Source: a virus (Duplodnaviria; Caudoviricetes). Taken from it: a stretch of DNA of 64,000 nucleotides. Position 1 is the stretch's first letter; each line of letters opens with the position of its first letter. Under the pieces are notes generated by a model. It was not told the DNA's origin. It worked only from the letters and a program-made list of their open reading frames with translations, and searched no databases. The position numbers and the translations under genes were made by a program. Shown piece by piece: positions 28,218-37,894 of the stretch. The stretch covers positions 1 through 64,000 of the IMG/VR virus record IMGVR_UViG_3300034111_000674; one strand, written 5' to 3'.

Positions 28218-31200
28218 ATGTTGCTCACTTTATTTAAAGGTGATGGAGCAGGTCTGGGAGTTGTAAACGGCAACTTATCGGCCACAGAGTCTGGATCAGA
28301 TGTTGGCGCTATAACGGCTAAACTTTTGGTCAAAGGTTCGAGCATCACCACAGAGACTGGATCAGATACTATAGCTATGATAGTTAAGGTATCTGTTAAA
28401 GCCTCAATCAGTGCCACAGAAACTGAATCAGATATTGCAGCTATAACGGGCAAGATACTTGTTGGCGGATCGATTAGTGCCACAGAAACTGAATCAGATA
28501 TTGCAGCTATAACGGGCAATACAGGTACTAGCGGATCGATTAGTGCCACCGAAACTGAATCAGACATTGCAGTTATAACAGGCAAGATACTTGTTGGCGG
28601 ATCCATCAGTGCCACAGAAACTGAATCAGATATTGCAGCTATAACGGGCAAGATACTTGTTGGCGGATCCATCAGTGCCACAGAAACTGAATCAGATATT
28701 GCAGCTATAACAGGCAAGATACTTGTTGGCGGATCCATCAGTGCCACAGAAACTGAATCAGATATTGCAGCTATAACGGGCAATACAGGTACTAGCGGAT
28801 CGATTAGTGCCACAGAAACTGAATCAGACATTGCAGCTATAACAGGCAAGATACTTGTTGGCGGATCCATCAGTGCCACAGAAACTGAATCAGATATTGC
28901 AGCTATAACGGGCAATACAGGTACTAGCGGATCGATTAGTGCCACCGAAACTGAATCAGACATTGCAGCTATAACAGGCAAGATACTTGTTGGCGGATCC
29001 ATCAGTGCCACAGAAACTGAACAAGACATTTTTGCTGGGTCTGTTTCAACTGCTCCAGCTATAGAAGTTATTAAACAATATGGAAGAACAGCTGCAACCT
29101 ATACATTGGGCGTTTTTCTGTATGATGAAAAAATATTAATAACAGCAGAACCGCTGTCTAGTTTAAGTGTTGCTATTACATACGTATCTAAAACTAAGGC
29201 ATCTTCCATCTATCACCCAGACAAAGCCACTGCTGAAATCATTAGTCCAAACACCGCACTTGACGTATATTTTACTACTACAAAATTATCAGAAATACTT
29301 ACGTACGGTAAAATTGATTCGGTAGCTGCAGATGGAATATTTCTGCCAGAGCTTGAGAGAATACCTGTAGAAGTGGTACAATTCTCAGACAGCCTGTTTA
29401 GAGTAACTTTTAGAGATATTGAAGAAGAGTCAGAGATTTTAGAAATCTATGAAACTTTCTTAGAAAAACCGTTAACAGATACCTATACAACAGAAGATTA
29501 TCTTGATACACAAACTGACTACTACAGAGATCAAGTAGATTTCACCAGTATATCTTCAGATATACTAATTAATATGTTGTACGATAATTATTTATCTGAT
29601 CAGTACAGCACTGTAGATCAGTTGTCTAATACTACAGTTAAATCTTTAGAAGATCAGTACAGTATCTCAGATAGTTTTACTTATGTTAATATAACAGGAG
29701 TTATTGATCAGTTTGTAACACAAGACTTATTAACTACCGAGTACACTAAAGTTGTAATAGATCAGTACAATATATCAGACATAGTATCAACACAATTAAG
29801 TTACTTCAAAGATTTTGCAGATGAATACAATGTATCAGATTTAGTATCTAACAACCCACAAAAAGTAGTAGAAGATAGTTATAGTATAACTGACAATACA
29901 ATTTATTCGATAGAAAAAATAGTACTCGATCCAGCCAGTATATCTGACAATTTATCACGAATAGTAGATTTTAATCCTAGCATAATAGATCAACTAAATC
30001 TTTCTGATAATATTGGTGAAACCCAAATTGACGACGGCACAACCTTTAAATATTCAAAAGACGAAACCGATCAGTATTTTATATCAGACATTCAATACTC
30101 TTTAATAACAAAACCTGTAATTGACCAATACAACATTGCAGACCAAGTATTTAGCGATATTGCAAAAATTGTAGCCGATCAGTACAATATTTCAGATAGT
30201 CTAAATAGATCGTTAGATTTTTACAGAGATCAAACAGATCAAAGTAATATACTAGATATTCAATATTCTTTGATAGCTAAACAAGAATCAGAAAGTACAC
30301 AATTTACAGAAAGTAATATTACCAGTGTAAACAAAATAGTTCAAGAGCAAACAAATATTCAAGAAATAGTAGATAAGCAATTAGACAAACTATCTATAGA
30401 TTATTTTAATATTGGTAGCTCAATATCTACACAAAAAGATTTTTTCAGAGATTTTTCCGAAACCAACAACATATCGGATATAGCAAGACAGCTTGTAAGT
30501 AAATCTACACAAGAAGAGTTTAATGTATCAGATACTTATGTGTCCGTCATTAACTTTCTTAGACAGCCTGTTGAAAACCCTGTAATTTCTGATCAACTAG
30601 TCTCAACTACTGATTTTCTAAGAAATCCTACAGATGTTGGTAGAATATCTGACAATTTAAACTACATCGCCAATTTTTTCAGAGCACCAGAAGACCCTGT
30701 AAATCTATTAGAAATAGTTAATTATAGTGTAGTAAAAGTATTAACAGATACGTACAGCTTGGAAGAAGTAATATCCAATCAAGTAGGTAAGCCACTGACT
30801 GATAGTTATCAGATATCTGATATCACTAGCACTGTGGTTGAGTATACTCGAGAATTTTTGGAAGGATTAAATCTAAGTGACGACATTAACGGCGCTGCCA
30901 CAGACGACGATCAAAATGTTATTTACTTTAAAAACCCTTCTGACGAGTACAATGCCTCCGACGAACTATACAGCAGTATAAATAAAGCCGTACAAGAACA
31001 GTATAGTATACTAGACATTATTTTTAGCAGTGTTTTAAAACCAGTACAAGATCAATATAGTGTATCTGATATAGTTTTTACCGAAACTAATTATATTAGG
31101 GTGCAAGAAGATATAACAAATGTAGATGATAGCAGATTTTATTCATACAACAAAGTCAATATTGATGAATATAATTTATCAGATACTTTAGTTAATAGCT

Positions 31201-34200
31201 TAAATAAAGTATCAGTAGATCAGTTTAATATTGCAGAAATAGTACAAACTAACTTTACTAAAACTATAGTTCCAGATATTTTTAGTATATCAGACACAAC
31301 TTCAGTACAAGCTGATTTTTATAGAAATCCAACAGATCCAACTAATTTGGGCGATCTAGTTGCCAGGTTAGTAGGTAAACCTTTAGAAGAAATAACTAAT
31401 TTAACAGATATATTATCAGTTACTGTTAACTACTTTAGGTCATTTATTGACGATACTAATATATCCGATTCTCCAATACTAATAGTTAATTACAATCCTG
31501 AGTACGATGATTTATTGGTAGGTACAGATTTTACTGAATTTGAAGCTGAATTTTATAGAGAACCTGAAGAACCTTTAAACATAATTGATACTTCACAATA
31601 TGATCTGTCCAAGCTACTATTAGATGAGTATAATATTAGTGATTTCTATATAAGTACATACAATAAATTTGTAACAGATCAGTCAAATGTATCGGATAAC
31701 TATACTAGAGTAGTATCGTTTAGTAGAGAGTTTACTGACAATGTAGGTGTTGCCGACAATATTAATAGTGGAAGCTATATAGGTGATACTGGGTATTTTA
31801 ACTATTCTAAATTTTTAGTAGAGCAAACTACTGTTCAAGAGCTTATAGTAAGTGATATTGACAAACCACTACCTGTGAATCAATATAACATAAATGACGC
31901 CATCTCTAATGATATTAGTAAAATCCCAGAAGATCTAACAAATATATCGGACTTAACAGCAATTCAAGCAGAGTTTATTAGAACACCAGAAGATATTAAC
32001 AATATATCTGAAAGTGCAATTATAGAGTACAGTTCAGAATTGTCAGATAGCTATGTTATATCAGAGGATATAATAAACACTGTTGAAAAGCCATTCTTAG
32101 ACTACTACTACACAACAGATGTAACTGTATATGTGGTAGACAAAGTTACTGAAGATATCACAGAAATACAAGAAGTAGCAGAAACTCAAGTAGATTTTTA
32201 CAGGGATCCACTTGATGAAAACAATATTATTGATATTTTTGAAAGTGTATTTGACAAACCAACAGAAGAATCTCTAAACAGTATCGACGTTATATCTTTT
32301 GCCACAGACTACTTTAGAGAAGCTTTAGACGACACTAGCTTATCTGACGATACATTAATTATTAACAGTTTTATAAGAGATATTATTGATATCAATACGC
32401 TTTCTGACGAACTGTTGTCAGTTATTGATTATATTAGAGAATTCGACGACGTCTTAGACCTACAGGAAATAGTAGAAAATACTGTATTAAAAGAACTAGA
32501 AGAAAGTTTTAATCTAGGAGATGAGGCTCTTTTATTAACAGAAGTTAATGTAACGGACAACTATGAGCTCTCGGATACGCTAGACACTGTTATATCATAT
32601 GATAGAGAGTTATTAGAAGAGTTAAATCTAAGTGATGACATAGACGGCTCAGCCTTAGACGACGATCAAAACTTTAGTTACTTTAAAAATCTATCAGATA
32701 CTTATAGTTTACTAGACAGTACCCTCAGTTCAGTAGATAAAGGTTTATCAGAGGAGTATTATACTCTATCCGACAATCTTCAATATGATATTAATAAAGC
32801 ACCTTTAGATTACTACAATATATCAGAAACTTTTGACCGAGCAGCTGAATTCTATAGAGACTACAGCGATCAATTTAATGCAACAGACTTATTAGTATCT
32901 GCTACAGACTTCTATAGAAATCCAGAGGAAACAGCATCCTTAACGGATAATACTATCTATAGTACGTTAAAAGTAGTAATTGACTCAAATAACATATCAG
33001 AAGATATAGCAAGTAGCATAAATAAACTACTATCAGAACAAACAAATATTTTAGATACTGCTGCTACCAGCTTGTCTTTTATAAGAGATATAAGTGACAA
33101 CATATTCTTTACAGATGATATAAATGGTTCGTCTGTTGATGATAGTCAAAATTTTACATACTTTAAAAATATTACTGATCGAAATGATGTAGTTGACAGT
33201 TTTACAACCAGTACAATTAAAGCTATTCAAGATTCGTACACTTTATTTGAGGACTTACAAACCGCAGTAGAAAAGTCGATATCAGATACATACAGACTAT
33301 CTGATACTTTATTAACATATGTGGTATCCATCAGAGAGTTTACAGATTCTTACTATATTGCAGAATTAATTAGTGTAGGCAGTAACAAAGTATTTACTGA
33401 CCAATACACTTTAAGTGATACTACAACTCAAACTGTAAATTATAGCAGACTAGTAACAGATCAATCTAATATATTCGATCAATTTGACAGGCAGGTCAAC
33501 TATGTACCTAGCCATACAGATCAGTATAGGGTATTAGATAACGTATCCGTAAATGTTGAATTTAATAAATCTTACGAAGACCTATACTCTGCTGTAGATA
33601 TACTATCCTTGGCTTTAAACAGTGTTACAATTGACCAGTACAATATAAATGATACTATTGCACTATCCTCCAATAAGACAGTACTAGATCTAACCAATAT
33701 TTCTGATAGCCTTGACACTGCTACATCATTTGCAAGAACTATATTAGATCAGATAAACTTTTCTGACAATATTGGTGGTGCTACAATTAGTGATGGTTCA
33801 AATTTCAAGTATTCTAAAAATGAAATTGATCAATATTTTGTACAGGAATTACTAGCGTATCAAGTTAACAAAGTAGTCTCAGATCAATTTAACACTACTG
33901 ATATAACAGCACTTGATACTAATAAATCCGTTATAGATGTATATTCTGTAACTGATTCTATAAGCAGACAAACTGACTACATCAGAAATATATTAGATCA
34001 GCAATATGTGAGCGACACGGTTGATACTCTGTTAGTAGTTATCAGGGAGTTTATCGACTTACCACTCGTTCAAGACATTCCTTTAATTGACTTTAACGTT
34101 GGAATTTCCGATAGTTATAATACAGTTGATGAGATATCTAATACTGTTAACAAACGATTAAATGATCAAACTATTACAACAGATAGTTTGAATACTGTAT

Positions 34201-36596
34201 TAAGTTTTGATAGAAACTTTACTGATCAGATAAATACTTCTGATAATCTGAGCGGATCTTCTGTAGACGACAACCAAAATTTCATTTACTTTAAAGATAT
34301 ACAAGATCAAACTAGCACTATAGATTACACGGCTATTAGTACTGTAAATTACCTTTATGACCAACAAGAGGTTGCTGAAGATATATCACTATTTGCTGGC
34401 AAAACAATAAGTGATGTTTACGTAGCCAGTGACGTTTTAGAAAGAACAGCCGAGTACTACAGAAGTCTTACAGATCAATTTAGTACTTCAGATACTGTAT
34501 CTACTCAATCAGCATTTTTTAGATCGCTGTCTGATAACTACAGTTTGTTTGATGTACTAGTAACTGCGACAACATCAGCGCAGGCAGATCAGTTTATAGT
34601 AAATGACTCGTCTGAATTTTCTGCATTAAAATCTTTAACAGATCAAGGAAGTTTGTCTGATTCGTTTACCAGAGTTTTAGAGTACAATCAATCCTTAATT
34701 GATCAGATAAATTTTTCTGACAATATTGGTGGAGCTACAATTAGTGATGGGTCAAACTTCAAGTATTCAAAAAATGAAACTGATCAATATCTAATATTAG
34801 AAATAATATCTAATGATGCAAATAAGGGAGTTTTAGATAGTCAAGATATACTAGATTATCAAGAGCTATTTGTAAATAAAGGACCACTCGATCAAAGTAG
34901 TCTATTAGATAATATTTTAATAGATTCAGAATTTGACAGAGTTTTTACTGATCAAGCGGGATCATCCGACAGTATCGGTTTTCAAAATAATTTTTATAGA
35001 CTTTTTGACGACCAGTACAGTATACTGGATTCTATAACTACTAGTAGCAATAAGCAGTCCTTGGATCAGCTAAATATAGAAGATGGTCAGTACTACACGG
35101 TATTTAAAGAATTATTAGATACAAGTATTTTATCTGACGACCTATCTATTGATTCGGAGTTTTACAGAAGTTTACTGGATGTACCTAGAGTAACTCAGCT
35201 GATTTCCTTACAAAATAATTTTAATAGAGATTTTGAAGACCAATACACTGTATCAGATTTTGTAAATGTTGTTCCTAACAAAGCAACTATTGAAGAAATA
35301 GGTCTTTTAGATACTCAGTATTTTGATATATTAAGAGCACCCACAGATACTCTTAATATAGAAGAATTAACAGAAATATCCTACAACATAGGCTTTTTTG
35401 ATCAGGTATATGCGTTTGAGAAATTCAGCGAAAAAGATGCGTACGAATTTGAGTTTAATAAAATTAGTGACTACTTGTTCAACGATATTAGTAAAGTTCA
35501 AACAGATCAAACCAGCCTGTCTGATTTTGTACTTGCAGATGTCACTTTTGACAGAGAAATTACAGAAACTGCAAGCATAGAAGAGACTATATCCCTGAGA
35601 CCAAGAATAAGGCTACCAGATTTACTTGTAAGTAAAATATCTTGGGCAATGTATACTCAAGATTATACAGGTGGTTATTTTGCAGAAATGTATCTTGAGG
35701 GTACTGGCAGAGAGTATGACGGCACTTATTATAATCTCTACGAGACGTATAAAGATAAGTATAATATTACTGATGTAGCTTCTTTAAGTACACTCTATAA
35801 TAGGCCGGCTACAGAAAACACAAGTGTATCTGAAGATTTATTTATTGATAACAATGTATCGCCTATAGAAAATCCACTGAACTTTAATGATAATTTATAT
35901 AATGTTATAACCAAAAACATTTTTGATGAAATTAATCTAAGTGAAAATCTAATAACGCTGGGTACAGGTGACGCATCGCCGGCTGATTCATACGGTATTT
36001 CTGACAACCTGTATTATAACACTGAAAAAACTATAGTGGACCAATACAGTATATCAGACTCTATATTGCTTGCTTATATTTCTGGTGTACCACTAGAGGA
36101 TATTATAAGTTTGACAGATTCCTTGTTTAATACAATAAACAAGAATTTGATAGATCAGCTAAACATAGCTGATGAGATATCAACACAAAGTGATAGCAGT
36201 ACCACTTCGACAGACAGTTATAATATTGTAGACACTGTTTATCATACAACTGATAAACTATACGAAGATATTACTAATACTACAGATACCTATTACAGCG
36301 AAATAGTTAAAAGTATATTAGACCAATTAAATATATCTGATTTTACAACAATAGAAAAATCTGAGAATGCTGCTCCACAGGATAGTTCTAGTATTACAGA
36401 TACAACATATTGCATTGTAGACAAGAGTATATTAGATCAATATAATATAGTAGATTCTTTATTAATCAACTGTATTTTTGACAGACAGATAGTAGATACT
36501 ACAAGTGTTACATCTGATGGAATTATTTCCAACCAAAACTATGTTGCCGACTACTTTCAAGAAGGCTATATAGGAACATCATTGACATTTACATAA
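28218..36596 (+). CDS. Giant acidic repeat protein (2792 aa), probable virion appendage scaffold
   Basis: Uninterrupted ORF. Twelve 22-aa repeats at the N-terminus, then ~2400 aa of degenerate ~19-aa D-x-Y/F-x-I/V-S-D repeats, punctuated by 8 node motifs and 2 Q-x-Y...YF-x-E-x-Y motifs. Function inferred. Confidence 0.7.
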   Translation: MLLTLFKGDGAGLGVVNGNLSATESGSDVGAITAKLLVKGSSITTETGSDTIAMIVKVSVKASISATETESDIAAITGKILVGGSISATETESDIAAITGNTGTSGSISATETESDIAVITGKILVGGSISATETESDIAAITGKILVGGSISATETESDIAAITGKILVGGSISATETESDIAAITGNTGTSGSISATETESDIAAITGKILVGGSISATETESDIAAITGNTGTSGSISATETESDIAAITGKILVGGSISATETEQDIFAGSVSTAPAIEVIKQYGRTAATYTLGVFLYDEKILITAEPLSSLSVAITYVSKTKASSIYHPDKATAEIISPNTALDVYFTTTKLSEILTYGKIDSVAADGIFLPELERIPVEVVQFSDSLFRVTFRDIEEESEILEIYETFLEKPLTDTYTTEDYLDTQTDYYRDQVDFTSISSDILINMLYDNYLSDQYSTVDQLSNTTVKSLEDQYSISDSFTYVNITGVIDQFVTQDLLTTEYTKVVIDQYNISDIVSTQLSYFKDFADEYNVSDLVSNNPQKVVEDSYSITDNTIYSIEKIVLDPASISDNLSRIVDFNPSIIDQLNLSDNIGETQIDDGTTFKYSKDETDQYFISDIQYSLITKPVIDQYNIADQVFSDIAKIVADQYNISDSLNRSLDFYRDQTDQSNILDIQYSLIAKQESESTQFTESNITSVNKIVQEQTNIQEIVDKQLDKLSIDYFNIGSSISTQKDFFRDFSETNNISDIARQLVSKSTQEEFNVSDTYVSVINFLRQPVENPVISDQLVSTTDFLRNPTDVGRISDNLNYIANFFRAPEDPVNLLEIVNYSVVKVLTDTYSLEEVISNQVGKPLTDSYQISDITSTVVEYTREFLEGLNLSDDINGAATDDDQNVIYFKNPSDEYNASDELYSSINKAVQEQYSILDIIFSSVLKPVQDQYSVSDIVFTETNYIRVQEDITNVDDSRFYSYNKVNIDEYNLSDTLVNSLNKVSVDQFNIAEIVQTNFTKTIVPDIFSISDTTSVQADFYRNPTDPTNLGDLVARLVGKPLEEITNLTDILSVTVNYFRSFIDDTNISDSPILIVNYNPEYDDLLVGTDFTEFEAEFYREPEEPLNIIDTSQYDLSKLLLDEYNISDFYISTYNKFVTDQSNVSDNYTRVVSFSREFTDNVGVADNINSGSYIGDTGYFNYSKFLVEQTTVQELIVSDIDKPLPVNQYNINDAISNDISKIPEDLTNISDLTAIQAEFIRTPEDINNISESAIIEYSSELSDSYVISEDIINTVEKPFLDYYYTTDVTVYVVDKVTEDITEIQEVAETQVDFYRDPLDENNIIDIFESVFDKPTEESLNSIDVISFATDYFREALDDTSLSDDTLIINSFIRDIIDINTLSDELLSVIDYIREFDDVLDLQEIVENTVLKELEESFNLGDEALLLTEVNVTDNYELSDTLDTVISYDRELLEELNLSDDIDGSALDDDQNFSYFKNLSDTYSLLDSTLSSVDKGLSEEYYTLSDNLQYDINKAPLDYYNISETFDRAAEFYRDYSDQFNATDLLVSATDFYRNPEETASLTDNTIYSTLKVVIDSNNISEDIASSINKLLSEQTNILDTAATSLSFIRDISDNIFFTDDINGSSVDDSQNFTYFKNITDRNDVVDSFTTSTIKAIQDSYTLFEDLQTAVEKSISDTYRLSDTLLTYVVSIREFTDSYYIAELISVGSNKVFTDQYTLSDTTTQTVNYSRLVTDQSNIFDQFDRQVNYVPSHTDQYRVLDNVSVNVEFNKSYEDLYSAVDILSLALNSVTIDQYNINDTIALSSNKTVLDLTNISDSLDTATSFARTILDQINFSDNIGGATISDGSNFKYSKNEIDQYFVQELLAYQVNKVVSDQFNTTDITALDTNKSVIDVYSVTDSISRQTDYIRNILDQQYVSDTVDTLLVVIREFIDLPLVQDIPLIDFNVGISDSYNTVDEISNTVNKRLNDQTITTDSLNTVLSFDRNFTDQINTSDNLSGSSVDDNQNFIYFKDIQDQTSTIDYTAISTVNYLYDQQEVAEDISLFAGKTISDVYVASDVLERTAEYYRSLTDQFSTSDTVSTQSAFFRSLSDNYSLFDVLVTATTSAQADQFIVNDSSEFSALKSLTDQGSLSDSFTRVLEYNQSLIDQINFSDNIGGATISDGSNFKYSKNETDQYLILEIISNDANKGVLDSQDILDYQELFVNKGPLDQSSLLDNILIDSEFDRVFTDQAGSSDSIGFQNNFYRLFDDQYSILDSITTSSNKQSLDQLNIEDGQYYTVFKELLDTSILSDDLSIDSEFYRSLLDVPRVTQLISLQNNFNRDFEDQYTVSDFVNVVPNKATIEEIGLLDTQYFDILRAPTDTLNIEELTEISYNIGFFDQVYAFEKFSEKDAYEFEFNKISDYLFNDISKVQTDQTSLSDFVLADVTFDREITETASIEETISLRPRIRLPDLLVSKISWAMYTQDYTGGYFAEMYLEGTGREYDGTYYNLYETYKDKYNITDVASLSTLYNRPATENTSVSEDLFIDNNVSPIENPLNFNDNLYNVITKNIFDEINLSENLITLGTGDASPADSYGISDNLYYNTEKTIVDQYSISDSILLAYISGVPLEDIISLTDSLFNTINKNLIDQLNIADEISTQSDSSTTSTDSYNIVDTVYHTTDKLYEDITNTTDTYYSEIVKSILDQLNISDFTTIEKSENAAPQDSSSITDTTYCIVDKSILDQYNIVDSLLINCIFDRQIVDTTSVTSDGIISNQNYVADYFQEGYIGTSLTFT
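28401..29027 (+). repeat. 66-bp (22-aa) tandem array with two alternating unit types
   Basis: GSISATETESDIAAITG followed by KILVG (A) or NTGTS (B). Order A B A A A B A B A, then a terminal partial unit; two degenerate units lie upstream from 28269. Confidence 0.97.
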
Positions 36597-36610
36597 ACAG
36601 AAGGGTTTCT

Positions 36611-37066
36611 ATGATTTTAGAAAATTTGAAACTAAGCGGTAAGTTAAACATAGTAATTAAAGACCAAGACGGTTCTGTTAAAGACCAGGTAGAGGTAGAT
36701 AACTTAGTAGTTACTGCCGGTCTTACTTTTATCGCCAGCCGTATGGGCGGCACAACACAAGCAGTGATGAGCCACATGGGTGTTGGTTCCGGTACAACTG
36801 CTGCAGCGGCTGGTCAAACAGACTTGGTATCTATTGTTGGCTCACGCGTAGCATTAACCAGCACAACACCTGGAACTAGTAATATTGTATATGTTGCTAG
36901 CTTTGGTGCTGGCGTAAGTACAGGCGCCATTACAGAAGCAGGTATTTTTAATAATGCCACAGCTGGCAGCGGTACTATGTTATGCAGAACTACTTTCGCT
37001 GTTATCAATAAAGGTGCTAACGACACCATGACTGTTACTTGGACAGTTAGTTTAGTAGCCGTTTAA
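36611..37066 (+). CDS. Small structural protein, tail-collar-fibre (DUF3751 / P2 gpH N-domain)-like fold
   Basis: VTAGLTFIA...MGVGSG...AGQTDL...ITEAGIFN...K...TW parallels the DUF3751 pattern; followed by its own terminator. Confidence 0.6.
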   Translation: MILENLKLSGKLNIVIKDQDGSVKDQVEVDNLVVTAGLTFIASRMGGTTQAVMSHMGVGSGTTAAAAGQTDLVSIVGSRVALTSTTPGTSNIVYVASFGAGVSTGAITEAGIFNNATAGSGTMLCRTTFAVINKGANDTMTVTWTVSLVAV

Positions 37067-37076
37067 TATCTCGCAT

Positions 37077-37105
37077 AAAGGACCACCTGCAAAGGTGGTC
37101 CTTTT
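37077..37105 (+). terminator. Rho-independent terminator after ORF 36611
   Basis: AAAGGACCACCT-GCAA-AGGTGGTCCTTT-T. Confidence 0.88.
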
Positions 37106-37142
37106 ATTGCAAAATATTTAATAAATAACACGAGCAGGATTT

Positions 37143-37484
37143 ATGGCAAATATACTTTATAGAGAAACTACAACGCCTACTTTGCCTTCTTCTACCTCGG
37201 CAAAAGGCACACCACTAACCAACCTAGAGCTGGACGCTAATTTTAGATCTCTCAATGATGCAAAATTAGAAGGCATAGTACCTGTTGTTAACGGTGGTAC
37301 AGGTGTTGTAACAATACCCGCTAATGCAGTAGTTATTGGAGCCGGTACCGATCCAATAACTAGCGTATCTCCGGGTACGGCAGGAAATGTTTTAACAAGC
37401 AATGGTACTACGTGGTCGTCGACTGCACCGGGCGGTGTTACTACTGGTAAGGCTATAGCCATGGCTATTGTTTTTGGTTCTTAA
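37143..37484 (+). CDS. Short fibre/linker protein
   Basis: N-terminal KGTPLTNLELDANFRSLN coiled-coil anchor, VPVVNGGTG fibre repeat, hydrophobic C-terminal GKAIAMAIVFG. Confidence 0.6.
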   Translation: MANILYRETTTPTLPSSTSAKGTPLTNLELDANFRSLNDAKLEGIVPVVNGGTGVVTIPANAVVIGAGTDPITSVSPGTAGNVLTSNGTTWSSTAPGGVTTGKAIAMAIVFGS

Positions 37485-37493
37485 GGAGTATCT

Positions 37494-37886
37494 ATGGCTA
37501 ATCCAAACATTGTAAACGTATCTTCTATATTTGCTAATACCACATATTTAACACCATCAGTAACAACTGCTGTGGTATTGCTGCCTAATGCGGCAGCTTC
37601 AAATAAAGTACTAAAAATCAATCAAATAGTAGTAGCTAATACTACTGGTATAGCTGCAAATACCACTGTTAGCATTTACACCAACGGAGCTGTAGCGCAA
37701 GGTTCGGCACCAAGTGGTGGTACAGCTTTTTCTATTGTATCAGGCGTACCAGTACCAGGTAGTGCTTCATTAATAGTAGTAGACAAGTCTACAGGTATCT
37801 ATCTTCAAGAAGGGGTATCTATTGTTGTAACCTCCGGAACCGCAAGCGCCCTAACCTATAGTATATCCTATGAAGATATTAGTTAA
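37494..37886 (+). CDS. Small beta-sandwich structural protein (MANPNIVNV type)
   Basis: 130 aa, all-beta composition, AAGGAG RBS, ends ISYEDIS. Confidence 0.55.
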   Translation: MANPNIVNVSSIFANTTYLTPSVTTAVVLLPNAAASNKVLKINQIVVANTTGIAANTTVSIYTNGAVAQGSAPSGGTAFSIVSGVPVPGSASLIVVDKSTGIYLQEGVSIVVTSGTASALTYSISYEDIS

Positions 37887-37894
37887 GGAACACT

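Noticed and set aside
28206-28220. Stop-codon readthrough joining ORF 27996 to ORF 28218
   Set aside because: Same frame, but two stops (TAG, then TAA) intervene, and 28218 has its own RBS-like TAGGA.
28401-29027. Constant-plus-variable repeat array resembling CRISPR
   Set aside because: The variable part has only two recurring versions, units are in-frame 66-bp coding repeats, and there are no cas genes or leader.
28211-29029. 272-aa minus-strand ORF
   Set aside because: Antisense shadow of the stop-free 66-bp repeat; no RBS or independent signal.
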